A stretch of DNA of 63,860 bases, filler included, from Octopus bimaculoides (taxonomy: Eukaryota): NCBI RefSeq assembly GCF_001194135.2. It is 7 parts of 6 records of this genome, joined end to end, with 100 filler letters (N's around TTAATTAATTAA, not from the genome) between each part and the next. Parts side by side here need not be neighbours in the genome. Positions count along the whole stretch, not along the records: positions 49,466 to 62,682 come from NC_068986.1; 6 more parts are not named here. One strand, written 5' to 3'. Positions 50,071 to 62,782 of the stretch are shown one piece after another. Position 1 is the stretch's first letter, and the number at the start of each line of letters is the position of its first letter. A program made the translations under genes and the position numbers. The notes under the pieces were generated by a model, which saw only the letters and a list, made by a program, of their open reading frames with translations, did no database searches and was not told the DNA's origin.

Positions 50071-53050
50071 GTATCTTCAGAAAAAAATGTTGGTGATATA
50101 AGTCACGCACCAAAACATTTGACATTTGATTTATATTACATTATTATTATTATTCATTTTGTTCATTATGTACAACTATGTGTGTATTCATCATTATTTT
50201 ATCTATTTTATTCAATTTTAGAAAAATTGAAGCATCTCTGTGATAACTCCGGAGCGAATTGAACTTATTTTGTGCGTGAGATTTGGCCCACTCTGTATTA
50301 GGTATGCATTGATAAAAGCAAAAAAAAAAGAAAATGCTTTCTGGTTTTGTTCCGTTTCTTTTTACGCGGTGGGTTCAAATCTTGCTAAGGTTAATGTTGC
50401 CTTTTATAGTTACAGGGTGAAAAAAATTTAATGCCCTTTCATGGTGGTAGATTGTCAAATTTGGTGGACCCCTCAACTAAAAGCTTTGTGCTATTTGCTA
50501 ATTTTTTTTGCATTTTGAGTTTCAGATACAGCAAACTTGTTTGTATCTATCCGATAATCTTGTGAAAAGTACTTGAAGAAATGCAATGAGAAAACATTTT
50601 ACGAAATAACATAACAAATACATAGCATTTGTACAGGAAGTTGCTTGGAGGTGTTCATTGACTTGAGGGCGCCATAAGAAGTAGGGTATACAGAATCAGC
50701 TTACGACTAGAATCATAAAATTCTATGCTATACTTCCTTGATTTGGGTGAATCTAACTGGAAAATTTAATAAAAGATGACTGACTTAGATCTACTATTAT
50801 CTAAAGCTTAAAGGAGCAGTTTTCGGGACATCCTATATCCAGTCATTCCACATACTAGAATTAACAGCTAAATCCTTCACGATTCATATTGTTTTTATAA
50901 GATAAGAAGGACAAATTGATAATGTCCTTGATACATTGTGCATATAAAAAACTCGAGAAGTTAACGTTTATTAGACCTCTAATCAAAGATCTACATGATC
51001 AGGGCTGGACAGGGGTTAAACAATTGCGGCAACAATAATAGCTCAGCAGCTGCAACATCAGCAGCAACAGTAATAATAACAGCAATGAACCATTTTTACT
51101 AAATGGTCCTAACACATCACATGATATTGTAGAATCAAAAAATATCTTAAATTAAAGGGGTGAACTACTAACACACTGTTAGACGAATATAGTGTATTCA
51201 TAAATACTCAAAGATACACACATACAGAAAAACTAGCAGTTATGTATGTTATTATGAAAAGTATGTTATTATTTAAATAGATATAAACAATTGTTGTTTA
51301 TATAAAGATAATATTTATTGCATAAAAATTCTATTCTGATCATTATCTTTTCATAACTAATAAATTTGTGTAAGATTAAAATGTTGGTGTTTTTTTCAAT
51401 CTCAGGTTGATATAATAGAGAAGATATTTCAGACAAGGAGATAAATTGTTGAAACGGTAAGAGATAGTATTACGAATTGAAGAGTGATAGACTTGTCAAT
51501 AGAAAAAAACCTGGTTATAGCGTTAAAAATCAAACTGAATTTAAGATTTTAAGTCTGTATTCAGTATACATTACCAAACTCCTATACAAGCGTACATCCG
51601 GGCACTTTCAAACAGGCATGTGTATGAAAGTGTTTGATTATGAGTGCATGTAAAGTATATGGAAACATGCACACACAAATATGCATACATTATGTACGTA
51701 AACATAAATATAAACACAAACACACACGCACGCATTCACACAATATATGAATACAAATATATTTGTTAATCTATACATGTTATAAAGATGCACATAAGTG
51801 CATATGGACGTATGTGCATTTAAATATATATATATATTTATATATGTATGTGTTATATGCATGGAGAAAAATCAATTTTGCTTCTAGTGTACTATATTTT
51901 TTATTAATTCGAAATAAGTGGGAAAGCATAGTATTAAAGTCGATAATCTAACTAGATTAACACAATAGAATCTTATTAACGAAGCTAAGTATGTCCATGG
52001 AACGTTATGAATATTTTGTGAGACTACTTAAAGATGGCGCCTATAAGCGACAATGGTGAACGCCGATCGGTAGAGGTAGCAATTGCGGTTCAAAATCAAA
52101 TTAGCAACCAATTCCATTTACGTCTCTCTAAAGAGAATCAATGTGAGAAATCATTTAACGTTACTGGATTTAATATAGAAGAGACGGCAAAGGCTGAGGG
52201 AGGGGCTGCTAGGAGCTATATATGTATGTATGTATATATATATATATACAGACATACATACATAATGTACATATACATACACATATATATGCATATACAT
52301 ATACATATATATGCATATACATACACATATATGTGCATATATACATGTATATACATATATATGTCCATATATATATATTTATACATATGTACACAGGCAC
52401 ATATGTATAGTGTGTGTATGATTATATCTGTGTGAGAGAGGAGAGCAGTGTCTATCTAGCTGTCTGTCTGTATAACCAGCCGGTGATTTCATACCAGTCA
52501 GCAAAAATGTAGTTTAACCGAGATGTACAATCATATGCACATGCACGGATGCACGTAACATACTTGCACACGAACACGCATAAACACGCAAACACATCAC
52601 AAACATGCATCCATGCACACCAGCACATATGAACAGTGAATTCGTAGAATTTAAGAATATTTTCGATTGCTCTTGAGTAAAAATAGAATGAATATGAAAT
52701 TAGGAGGAGGAGGAGGAGGAGGAGGAGGAGAGAGAGAGAGAGAGAGAGAGAGATAAGATAAAGGGAGACAAAGAGAACGAGTATGAATGAGTAAAGGGAA
52801 AAGAAGGAAAAGAATGGAACAGAATGGAGAATAAGTAAAAAAAAAAGGGTAATTAGTATAAGAGTGAGAACATTTCTGACTTTGGAGCAGGAAGCATGGA
52901 TGCCAGAAAGAAAGAGAGAGAGGGTGGGGGAAAGAGAGGGAGAGTTGGAGAAGGAGAGAAAGAGAGAGTAGGAGAAGGAGGAAGAGAGAGAGGTGTAAAG
53001 AAAAGGTAAAGAGAGAGATAAGTGCAAAGGGGAGGTAAAGAGAGGGGAAG

Positions 53051-53109
<59 letters not shown>

Positions 53110-53457
53110 AGTATTATGAAATTCAGGATATGCGACACTGAGTAAGGGTGAGATGAAACAACGAAGAGAAAAACCGAGAGAAAGAGGTGGGAAAATAACA
53201 AGGGTTCGAAGAAAGAAACATTGGAATAAAAGGAAAGAGAAAATACATAAATGGGCGAAAGAAGAAAAATAGGGGTTGAAGAAAAATAAATGAAAGACGA
53301 ATGAGAAAGGGAAGAAAATGAAAGAGGGATATCAACAGATGACAGCGGAGAATATATATACGTGTGTGTGCTTATATATATGTATATAAAAATTATATAC
53401 ATTCATATACATACTTATATACATATAGGTACACAAATATATATTTGTATATATATG

Positions 53458-53542
<85 letters not shown>

Positions 53543-53909
53543 CTATATATATACCTATACATATGTATATATAAATATGCGATATTTAAAAAAAAATTAT
53601 ATAAATAACTATTGAAGAATGTTTCTATAATGGACATAATACATTGATATAATAAATGTCCATCACTTCACCAATTGAATTCTAAAAGAAAGTTTAAAAT
53701 GAGTAAAAAAACAAAACTAAATTCGTCAATATTGAGTTTCAAACTTACAATTAATTGTTTATGTCTAAAAACATTTCGATACACCTATCAAAATGTAAGG
53801 TTTGTACGTACATACATACATACATACGTACATACGTATGTACGTACATACATACATAAATACATACTAGCACACACACATATATGCATACATATATATA
53901 TATACATAT

Positions 53910-54006
<97 letters not shown>

Positions 54007-54299
54007 CAAACATGTATATATACACAATTATTTAGGATTCGAGTGAATCAGGTACTTAAATGATAGGCACCACGTTGGGTCGAATTAACTTGTAAACAGC
54101 ACTTTCAGTCGAATAAATATATGGGTACCGAAGTACATCCAGTAAAATATTTAGGTTATGTATGCAGATAATTTAACCTTTATGAGTATTTTAATACCGT
54201 ATAGGCTAATCCAAAAGCGTACGTTGTATTGGTAGTACGGTATTTAATATACTCCAGAATGTCCGACGGGTTGAGATTACAGTGAGGTGTAGTATTATG

Positions 54300-54927
54300 A
54301 ACAAACAAATAACAAACGATGGATAATTGTCACTTCATTACAACTGTTTCCAACGAATTTGTTTTATAGATTAATATGTACTTTATAACATAAGGAAAGA
54401 AACCACTTTCTTCAGATGATACATAAATTTCAAAATATAAGAACAACACATGACCATAGTGGGCGAACCAAAAACTGATACCAGCTTCGTCTAACTTGGA
54501 ATGAGAGAAAAAGGCAAAACCAGGATGACATTAAAAGGTTAGTTAGTGGGTAGGGTGTACAAAAGATTTATACCTTCTAGGGTTTATAGGATTTATAACT
54601 TCTTTTCTCTCTACTACCCCCAACATGCTCACTAACTGCCCTAGAAGCTATAAATTTTTTGTACGCCCTACTCACTAGCTAACCTTTTAATATAATCCTG
54701 GACTTGCTTTTTTTCCCCTCATTCTAAGAGGCCTTGGCTGGAATCACTTTTTAATTCGCCCGTTGTGGTCATGTGTTGTTCTTATAATTTGAAATTTATG
54801 TATCATCTGAAAAAAGTGTTTTTTTTTTTCCCTATGATGTAAAGTACTCATTAATCTACATAAAAAATTCGCTGGAAACAGTTGTAACGAAGTGACACTT
54901 ATCCATCCTTTGTTATTTATTTGTTTA
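54300..54927. mobile_element. Foldback/MITE-like element with about 290-bp inverted arms
   Basis: For example TTCAGATGATACATAAATTTCAAAATATAAGAACAACACATGACCA (about 54411) versus TGGTCATGTGTTGTTCTTATAATTTGAAATTTATGTATCATCTGAA (about 54766). Arm similarity runs from about 54300 to 54585 and 54638 to 54927. Confidence 0.88.
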
Positions 54928-55994
54928 TGTATGTATGTATGTATGTATGTATTAATCAGTTGTAAGATTGTTTAGCATCAAGGTATGTTAAAATTCAGGA
55001 CACTAGGAAAGGGAAAGTTTAGCACTTACGTGAACAGGAGCAATATAAAATGAAGTGTTTTGTTTGCTCAAGAATACAATGCATTACCCGGCCGAGGAAT
55101 CGAAACCACAGTTTTACGATGACGAATGCAACACCGCATCCACTAAACCACGCATTCCACACACATACACACGCACGCACACACACATTTGCATGTGTTC
55201 GTACGTTATTAATGTAGAAAGAATGAGAAGGGAGTACTCAGCGCATGCTGTAGAGGAAGTATTTTTAAAAATTAGAATTGAACTGAAAGTTTCTTTTGCG
55301 ACTCGAGTTCCACCCTAGTGCGATCATCAGGCGAAACTAACTAAACTCGGTATTAATGGTGTACATATATATCCGTTGATATATGTACACCTTTCTCGGT
55401 TGGTTCGGTATCCGTGTTATTTCATTGGTTGTATGTTGTTTTTCGCGAAAACAGCCTCCTCAAAATCAACAGGAGAAACAATATTCAATAGGAAAAGACC
55501 CTTAACTACTCTTACAAAAAAAAAACCCATTCAAGAGATTTAGCTGAAATCTCTCTCTCACACACACATACACTGAAATAAAGAAGTTAACGAAACCACT
55601 AACCAGGGATATATTTCATTAAAATGTATACAAACTGACCACACTTATCCACATACCTATACACACATTTCTTTACAGTAATATAAAATGCCACAAACAT
55701 GCGCGCGCGCACGCACACGCACACACACACATNNNNNNNNNNNNNNNNNNNNNNNNNNNNNNNNNNNNNNNNNNNNNNNNNNNNNNNNNNNNNNNNNNNN
55801 NNNNNNNNNNNNNNNNNNNNNNNNNNNNNNNNNNNNNNNNNNNACACACACACACACACACACACACAACACCATATAAAAAACTCACACTTTTTTCAAA
55901 TAAATTCATTCGAAGCATGCAGTTGAAATACTCCACACATACATAAACACCGGAAAAATTTACTGAAAGTAGATAAACAAACAAGCAAAACAAT

Positions 55995-56215
55995 AACGAT
56001 TTCAAATTTTGACTCAAGGCCAGCAATTCCGATGGCGTATGTAAGTCGATTACATCGAATCCCAGTGCACAAATGGTACTTATTTTTTCGACCTCAAATG
56101 GATAAAAGACAAAGTCGACCTTGGCGGAATTTGAACTCAGAACGTAAAAAAACAGACGAAATGCCACTAAGTATTGCGCCGGGCGTGCTAACGATTTTGC
56201 CAGCTCACCGGCTAT
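55995..56215 (-). mobile_element. Family-B SINE
   Basis: GTCGACCTTGGCGGAATTTGAACTCAGAACG...CCGGGCGTGCTAACGATTTTGCCAGCTCACCG. Confidence 0.85.
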
Positions 56216-56381
56216 TTTAAGATCTATGCTAACCTCTTCATCAAAGCGACATAATAAATCAGTACATCTATCACCAACCAACGGACCACATTACCTGCAT
56301 GATACAAGCAATGAAGTGACACAAGCACCAGATCACGCACGTATATAAACGGAAATATAGTTACAAACACCCACAAAGATG

Positions 56382-56421
<40 letters not shown>

Positions 56422-56441
56422 CCTATGTATCTGTGTGTCTA

Positions 56442-56476
<35 letters not shown>

Positions 56477-56544
56477 TTCTGTCTGTCTGTCTCTCCGTCC
56501 GTCCGTCCGTCCGTCCGTCTATNNNNNNNNNNTCCGTCCGTCTA

Positions 56545-56623
<79 letters not shown>

Positions 56624-58050
56624 GTCTGCCTGTCTATCTGTCTATTACAAAAACACACAACGCGTGCGCGTGTGTACATATATACTCAGTGGTGAGGGAA
56701 CTCGGTTGGTACTTTTCCCAGTAAAACGACTGTATACGTTTATGCCTTCTTCGTTTGGTTTTCTGTAGAGACGATCTTCGCTTGTGTTCAAATGAAATGA
56801 GTGTAACCCTACGACGTAAAAGGCATCTACAGCTTCTCCTTTACGCCACAGAATTAAAAGTGGTCTATTTACCAATACTAGCAATTTGGTTGGCACTTTA
56901 ATGTTTAAAAAGAAAGTTAATCACGCGTTTGCTGCATAAAACTTTCTCTTTTAATGCACATAAGTATTTATGTATCTGTTTATATATGGGAGATTATGTG
57001 TATACAAGTATGTGTCTATGCAAGTATATATTAATATAATTGTGTGTTTGTATATGTTTTCTATCTACACCTACTAGCGTTGTCTAAACTCCTTTGTTGC
57101 AACCTCATTTCCTTCTCACAATACTTGCTCTTGGACTGTAGCAGTAGGTATGTTTTTTTATGTATTGTACCTAGCTACCTTCCGAGACATAATTTTGACT
57201 TGTCACCCTAATTCTATCTCTTTTTGTAGTTACATGAAATATGTATTTATCTACTGTTTTTTTTTTGTCCAGACTTATACATAATCTCGTTCGTTCATCT
57301 CACATTCTCGGTTTCTCACCATCTTACATTATCCCTCATAATGGACAGTCCTTTCCTTACCAAAAATAACCCCAACTTCAGGTTTTACTGTAATTTCCTT
57401 ACTCTTAAACGAAGTGCTACGCCGTTGAAGTGTTATATCCTATAAATCCTCTCAGCAGATATACTTTACCAAACTTCCATACATTATATTTATTGACTGA
57501 TTTCTCGACGCAGACCATCACCACTGTTAAAATTTTGTCAGTTATGAGAACTGGTTGTTAAAATTTTGGCTGCTTGCCATGCAGTATATTTCATCATATA
57601 CACTCTGAGCACACGCAAACACAATGCGTACACTCACACACACTTATATAATATATATAAATATAAATATATATATGTGTGTGTGAATTATTTATACAAT
57701 AAAACATTATGGACCTACTTGAAACGGTTCTACCAGTCGTTTTCGTACAAAAGAGTTTGAGAAACCATTCTCGGCTTATATCAGGAGTGATAGCGTTCTA
57801 TGCTACTGGAGATCAGTAAATGACACCCTGTTTGCGCGTCATAAAAACGGAACGAAAAATAAAATTTGGGAAGAAACTCAGGGTGTGAACCTATGTTGTT
57901 TAAACTTATATATCTTGGATAAAGATCAGGGAATACCAATACGTTGTATGAGGCAAATGTCTTTAGAGTAAAGTTGGGGCTGTGGTGCGAGCGGGATAGG
58001 ATACTACAAATAACTTAGTAGGTTGGCCTATACCTGAAACACAGGCAACA

Positions 58051-58450
58051 CGGCAATGCAACACTGAAACCGTCCAATATGAGGTGGAAGTGAGGTCAAA
58101 GGATCTTGGCGGGCAGACGGATATGCAAATATATATGGGCGGGACAGAAGGTCTCTTCAGGATCAGATTTAACCATCATAAGTCCTCTTTTAATATTCAG
58201 GAGAAGTGGAATATCACAGCCTTAGCAAGGTGCATATGGTTGTTAGAAGGAAAGCGTTGTGGAATACAATATATAGTGCAGAATACAAGAGAGGTGCTGT
58301 ACTTTAATAGTAGTAGGGGGTGCAAAGTTTACTAGGCGGAAAAGAAAAGAATTACTCTAAACTCTCTTCATCCAAACTCAAACCTAAACTGTAAAAGTGA
58401 GATTTCACACACCTGCCCTCAGGAGCGAAGATATGTTCTTGGATACTGGT
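58051..58450 (+). mobile_element. Penelope-like element GIY-YIG endonuclease relic
   Basis: QCNTETVQYEVEV...IYMGGTEGLFRIRFNHHKSSF...TALARCIWLL...GCKVY*AEK...LNCKSEISHTC matches the PLE endonuclease pattern VY...YIG.TE..FK.R...HK.SF...T.LS..IW.L...C.LC..EK...LN..SE...C. It has an internal stop. Confidence 0.78.
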
Positions 58451-58555
58451 GGACATACACATTAAAGCTTCCACCATCGATAATTTCGCATCACTTACAA
58501 TAATCTGAGGGGTTCAACATAAAATTGGCCACATCTAGCTTATAATATACAACAT

Positions 58556-58943
58556 TGTTGTTGTTGGCACTCTGTCGCTTACGACGTCGAGGGTTCCAGT
58601 TGATCCGATCAACGGAACAGCCTGCTCGTGAAATTAACGTGCAAGTGGCTGAGCACTCCACAGACACGTGTACTCTTAACGTGGTTCTCAGGGATATTCA
58701 GCGTGACACAGTGTGACAAGGCTGACCCTTTGAATTACAGGCACAACAGAAACAGGAAGTAAGAGTGAGAGAAAGTTGTGGTGAAAGAATACAGCAGGGT
58801 TCGCCACCATCCCCTGCCAGAGCCTCGTGGGGCTTTAGGTGTTTTCGCTCAATAAACACTCACAACGCCCGGTCTGGGAATCGAAACCGCGATTCTATGA
58901 CCGCGAATCCACTGCCCTAACCACTAGGCCATTGCGCCTCCAC
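58556..58943 (-). mobile_element. Full-length family-A SINE with 12-bp TSD
   Basis: TSD AATATACAACAT at 58544-58555 and 58944-58955; (AAC)n tail. Confidence 0.92.
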
Positions 58944-59410
58944 AATATACAACATACACATACACATACACTCATACGTACACATCCACACATGATTTTA
59001 AGAAGAATCCCCATCTCCACCTCCTCTCCGTCCCACACGTACATTAACTCTACCCTGCTCGCACGACAGCCTCAGTCCCACTTTACAGGCATTCGCCTTA
59101 TACACCACAATGGCCTATCGAAGGGACATAACTATTATGAGCATAAATTCCAATTGTGGGTTTTCTCCCAAAGTTGTTTTCGTTAGAGTTTTTTTTCGAC
59201 ACCCGCAAATAGGATGTGGCATCTTCTGTCCTCTAGGGGCATATATCCTTCGTAATACTTTTCCTACCAGCCCTCTGCTCAGGGCTGACATTGCTTTTTT
59301 TTGGCTTTCCTTAGCTCTCGTGTACGAAAATGAAATCGGTAATATACATACATACATTCATACATTCATACATTCATACATTCATACATTCATACATACA
59401 TTCATACATT

Positions 59411-59478
<68 letters not shown>

Positions 59479-59899
59479 CACACAAACACACACATGTATG
59501 TATATATGCATGTATGTGTGTATGTGCATGAATGTTTGTATCTTGCATCTCTCACGTTCTAGATCTAGAGAGAATCATGAAGGAAGTTATTTTTTCATAA
59601 ATTCAATTAAAATCGCGCCTATTATGTTTGCTGATAGTGCTCGAAGAAATGATGAGAAATTTAATATAACACTGTCGTAATCTTATTCGTTATTTGTGTT
59701 GCTAATCCCACCAACCTGTTTGTTTCTGAATTCCATAACATAGATTTACGAGCTGTCTATTGTTCACAGCTATCTCCTGAAGAAAATACCCTAATTATTA
59801 CTTGTCAACAGTGCTATATAGGTTGTTGCCTCTGCGTATGTTAATTGAGTCATACCTTTGAAATAACATCGCTGATATGGAACATAAATTTGTTGGGAA

Positions 59900-59944
59900 A
59901 TCAAAAAGAGAAAAGAGAGAAGGAGCGAGAAAGGGAGAGAGAGG

Positions 59945-59988
<44 letters not shown>

Positions 59989-60350
59989 CAAATGAGAAAT
60001 AGATAAAGAGAGGCAAAGAGAAGCCAGAGTAGAGGAAAGGATGAAGAGAGAGATAGAAAGAGAAAGAGAATGAAGGTGAGAGAGGGAGAGAAAATCAGAG
60101 AATGGCAGAAAAAGACTGAAAAGAAGATAGAATAAATTTCGGATCTTGGAGTAAGCAGGATGAGAGAAGGAGAAAGAATGAGGGGGAGAGAGAGGGAAAG
60201 AGAGAATCAGAGAGGGAGAGAGAGAGAGAGAAAGAGAGTGGTAGAGAGTTAGAGCTAGAAAGAAAAGTAGAGGAAGAGAAGTGAAGGGAGAGAGGTAGAA
60301 GGCGAGAGCAAGAGAGTAAGAAAGAAAGAGAAAGAGAGAACGAGATAGAT
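59900..60350. repeat. Degenerate (GA)n purine-rich tract
   Basis: Direct inspection; a similar tract lies at 52700-53340. Confidence 0.9.
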
Positions 60351-60772
60351 TATTTCTAATGACATAGTTACACCTACCTTTATATGCAAACACTGCTGGA
60401 GCTTGACATGCTAGACATAACAACTAAATTCTTTTTAAACCTCACCTTATCATTACAATTCCCCACAAACAATCCAAAGAAGGACACCTTATAATATATT
60501 CCTAGAAATACTGTTCTGTAATTGAAATACCCCACACATACATAAACACCGGAAAAATTTATTGAAAGTAGATAAACAAACAAACAAAACAATAATGGTT
60601 TCAAATTTTGGCTCAAGGCCAGCAATTCCGATGGCGTATGTAAGTCGATTACATCGAATTCCAGTGCACAAATGGTATGAAAGACAAAGTCGACCTTGGC
60701 GGAATTTGAACTCAGAACGTTCTGTAATTTCAGCGAAAATATGACACAAGATCTCAACACAAAGCTATTTAT

Positions 60773-62002
60773 TTAATCAATGACATGATTATTCTTTCGT
60801 TCCAGTATCTTCTGCTATCTTGTGTGCAGAGCTACTATTCTCTGCTCAAAGAAATTCTTGTCATTATTGGCGAAGAACTTTTCCTGATGAAAACTTCAAC
60901 TCTTCAGAGTTGAATTTTTGTCCATGCAATAAATTTTGGAGAGATTCAGACGGTTGAAGGTCTGAAGGTGCATGGTCGGGCGTATATGGAGGGTGCGGCA
61001 CAACTTCCAAGTCGAGCCCAAATAATTTCCGCTGCGTCTGTAAATAAGTGTGTGGTCTGGCATTGTTGTGATGAAAGACAATGACCTTACGATTAGCAAG
61101 TACTGCACGCTCCTGGTGGTTCGTTGCGTTTAATTTTTCCAGCAGTTTATACCTGAATTGATAGTTCTGCCCTCGGGAAGAAGCTCGTTAAAGACAACAT
61201 CCATCCAATCCCACAAGATTTAAGACATCTTCAGGCGAAGTACTGCATTGGAGGTTGCTTGTGGTGATTCGCCGCGCTTCCACTATGATCGTTTGCGCTT
61301 CACGGTGTTATATTATAGGCGATCCATTTTCGTACCAGTAACCGTTCCCTATAAAAAAAAAACAAAAAAACAAAACAAAATAAAATAAAACAAAAAAAGG
61401 ATAGTTTTCATTTTCCTGCAACCAATTTCAAGTGGAATTCCGTTGGGTGAGTTTAGCTTTATTCAATTGATGTCGGACCCAAACGTCGAACCTGATGACG
61501 TAACCAAGTTACATCATCAGGTTCGAAGGATTTCAACCCTTGATTTGGACATTTGGAGAATATCTGCGATTATCCTGGTCGTATAACGGAGATAGGTGCT
61601 GCTGTTAATCTCAGGTGACCGGCCAGAGCGAGTTGCATCTCGAACCGAAAAATCTCCCAATCGAAATATTGAAAACCCCTCCTGGCACACACGTTCCTTA
61701 ACAACATCTGTTCCGTACACAGCGCTTATCTTCCTGCAGGTTGCCACCGCTTTATTGCCATTTTTAAAATAAAAGATGAAGCATGAAGTGTCGATAGTGA
61801 TCATTTTGGCACTTCATTTTCAAGGTGATCCCAAGCATACAAAATACAATTTGTCTTGTCACAAGTTTGCACCGAATTACATTGAAGTGTCAAGTATCTA
61901 ACAAGTGCACATGCACAAAGTAAAGGTTGAAGTTAGCTACTTATTAGAGTGCTTGAAGTTTAACGTCGACAAAAACCAAACGGACTTTTTTGGCCGACCT
62001 AA
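60773..62002 (-). mobile_element. Near full-length degenerate mariner (DD34D-type) with one TIR
   Basis: ATG at 61817 (MKCQNDHYRHFML/FYFKNGNKAVATCRKISAVYG...RSGRS), then WVRHQL, VTG.EKWI, FHHNNARPH, PPYTPDHAPSD and a stop at 60773-60775. It has many frameshifts. A TIR-like TA|TTAGGTCGGCCAAAAAAGTCCG starts at 62002. Confidence 0.9.
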
Positions 62003-62641
62003 TATTTCTTTGAAAATATGATGAGATGTTTATGGTTGGACAGCTTTCATCACGGTTTTGCTTCTACAGAGCTGATCTCTAGTAATATTGCTATTGCTAA
62101 CATCGCACCATTCCAGTTACGCACTACTACATATACAATCACTTGATTGCATTATCACGCCACTACATTTTCAGACGATTAAAGGTACTATCCTACCACT
62201 AAAACCTTCATCCAGTACCCTCACACGATGACAGCCATCAATGCACTATTCCATCTTCCGTCACACTACTATCGCCATCACTACCCAACTGACAACCAAC
62301 ATTACACAACCTGCAAACTGCTAAACTATTGAGCGAATCTTTATGCGGTTGCTCAAGCCTCTAAAATCTAAGAATTAAAAGCCAATATATTATCCACTAA
62401 AACGTAATTAATACAATGATTCAAAGTTAATAATCTGATTTCAAACGCTGCTGTAGGAAGCTTGCCTCCCTTGTGAGTCATTAAGATAGTGCTTTTCGTG
62501 GTTACTGACGTGTCTTTGGCTGTTGTTTCTAGCATTCTAACAATACTGATGCTAATTATTGCCCTTTGTCACTTTAGTGATGTCTATATCTCTGCCTTTA
62601 AGTTGTAAAATTGCGAATAAGCTACACATAACATTTTATAA

Positions 62642-62682
<41 letters not shown>

Positions 62683-62782
62683 NNNNNNNNNNNNNNNNNN
62701 NNNNNNNNNNNNNNNNNNNNNNNNNNTTAATTAATTAANNNNNNNNNNNNNNNNNNNNNNNNNNNNNNNNNNNNNNNNNNNN
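62683..62782. other. Artificial contig/scaffold spacer
   Basis: N44-TTAATTAATTAA-N44. Confidence 0.97.

Noticed and set aside
52034-52435. 133-aa ATG ORF (MAPISDNGERR...)
   Set aside because: There is no recognisable domain and the second half is microsatellite. It is kept only as a possible promoter/UTR patch.
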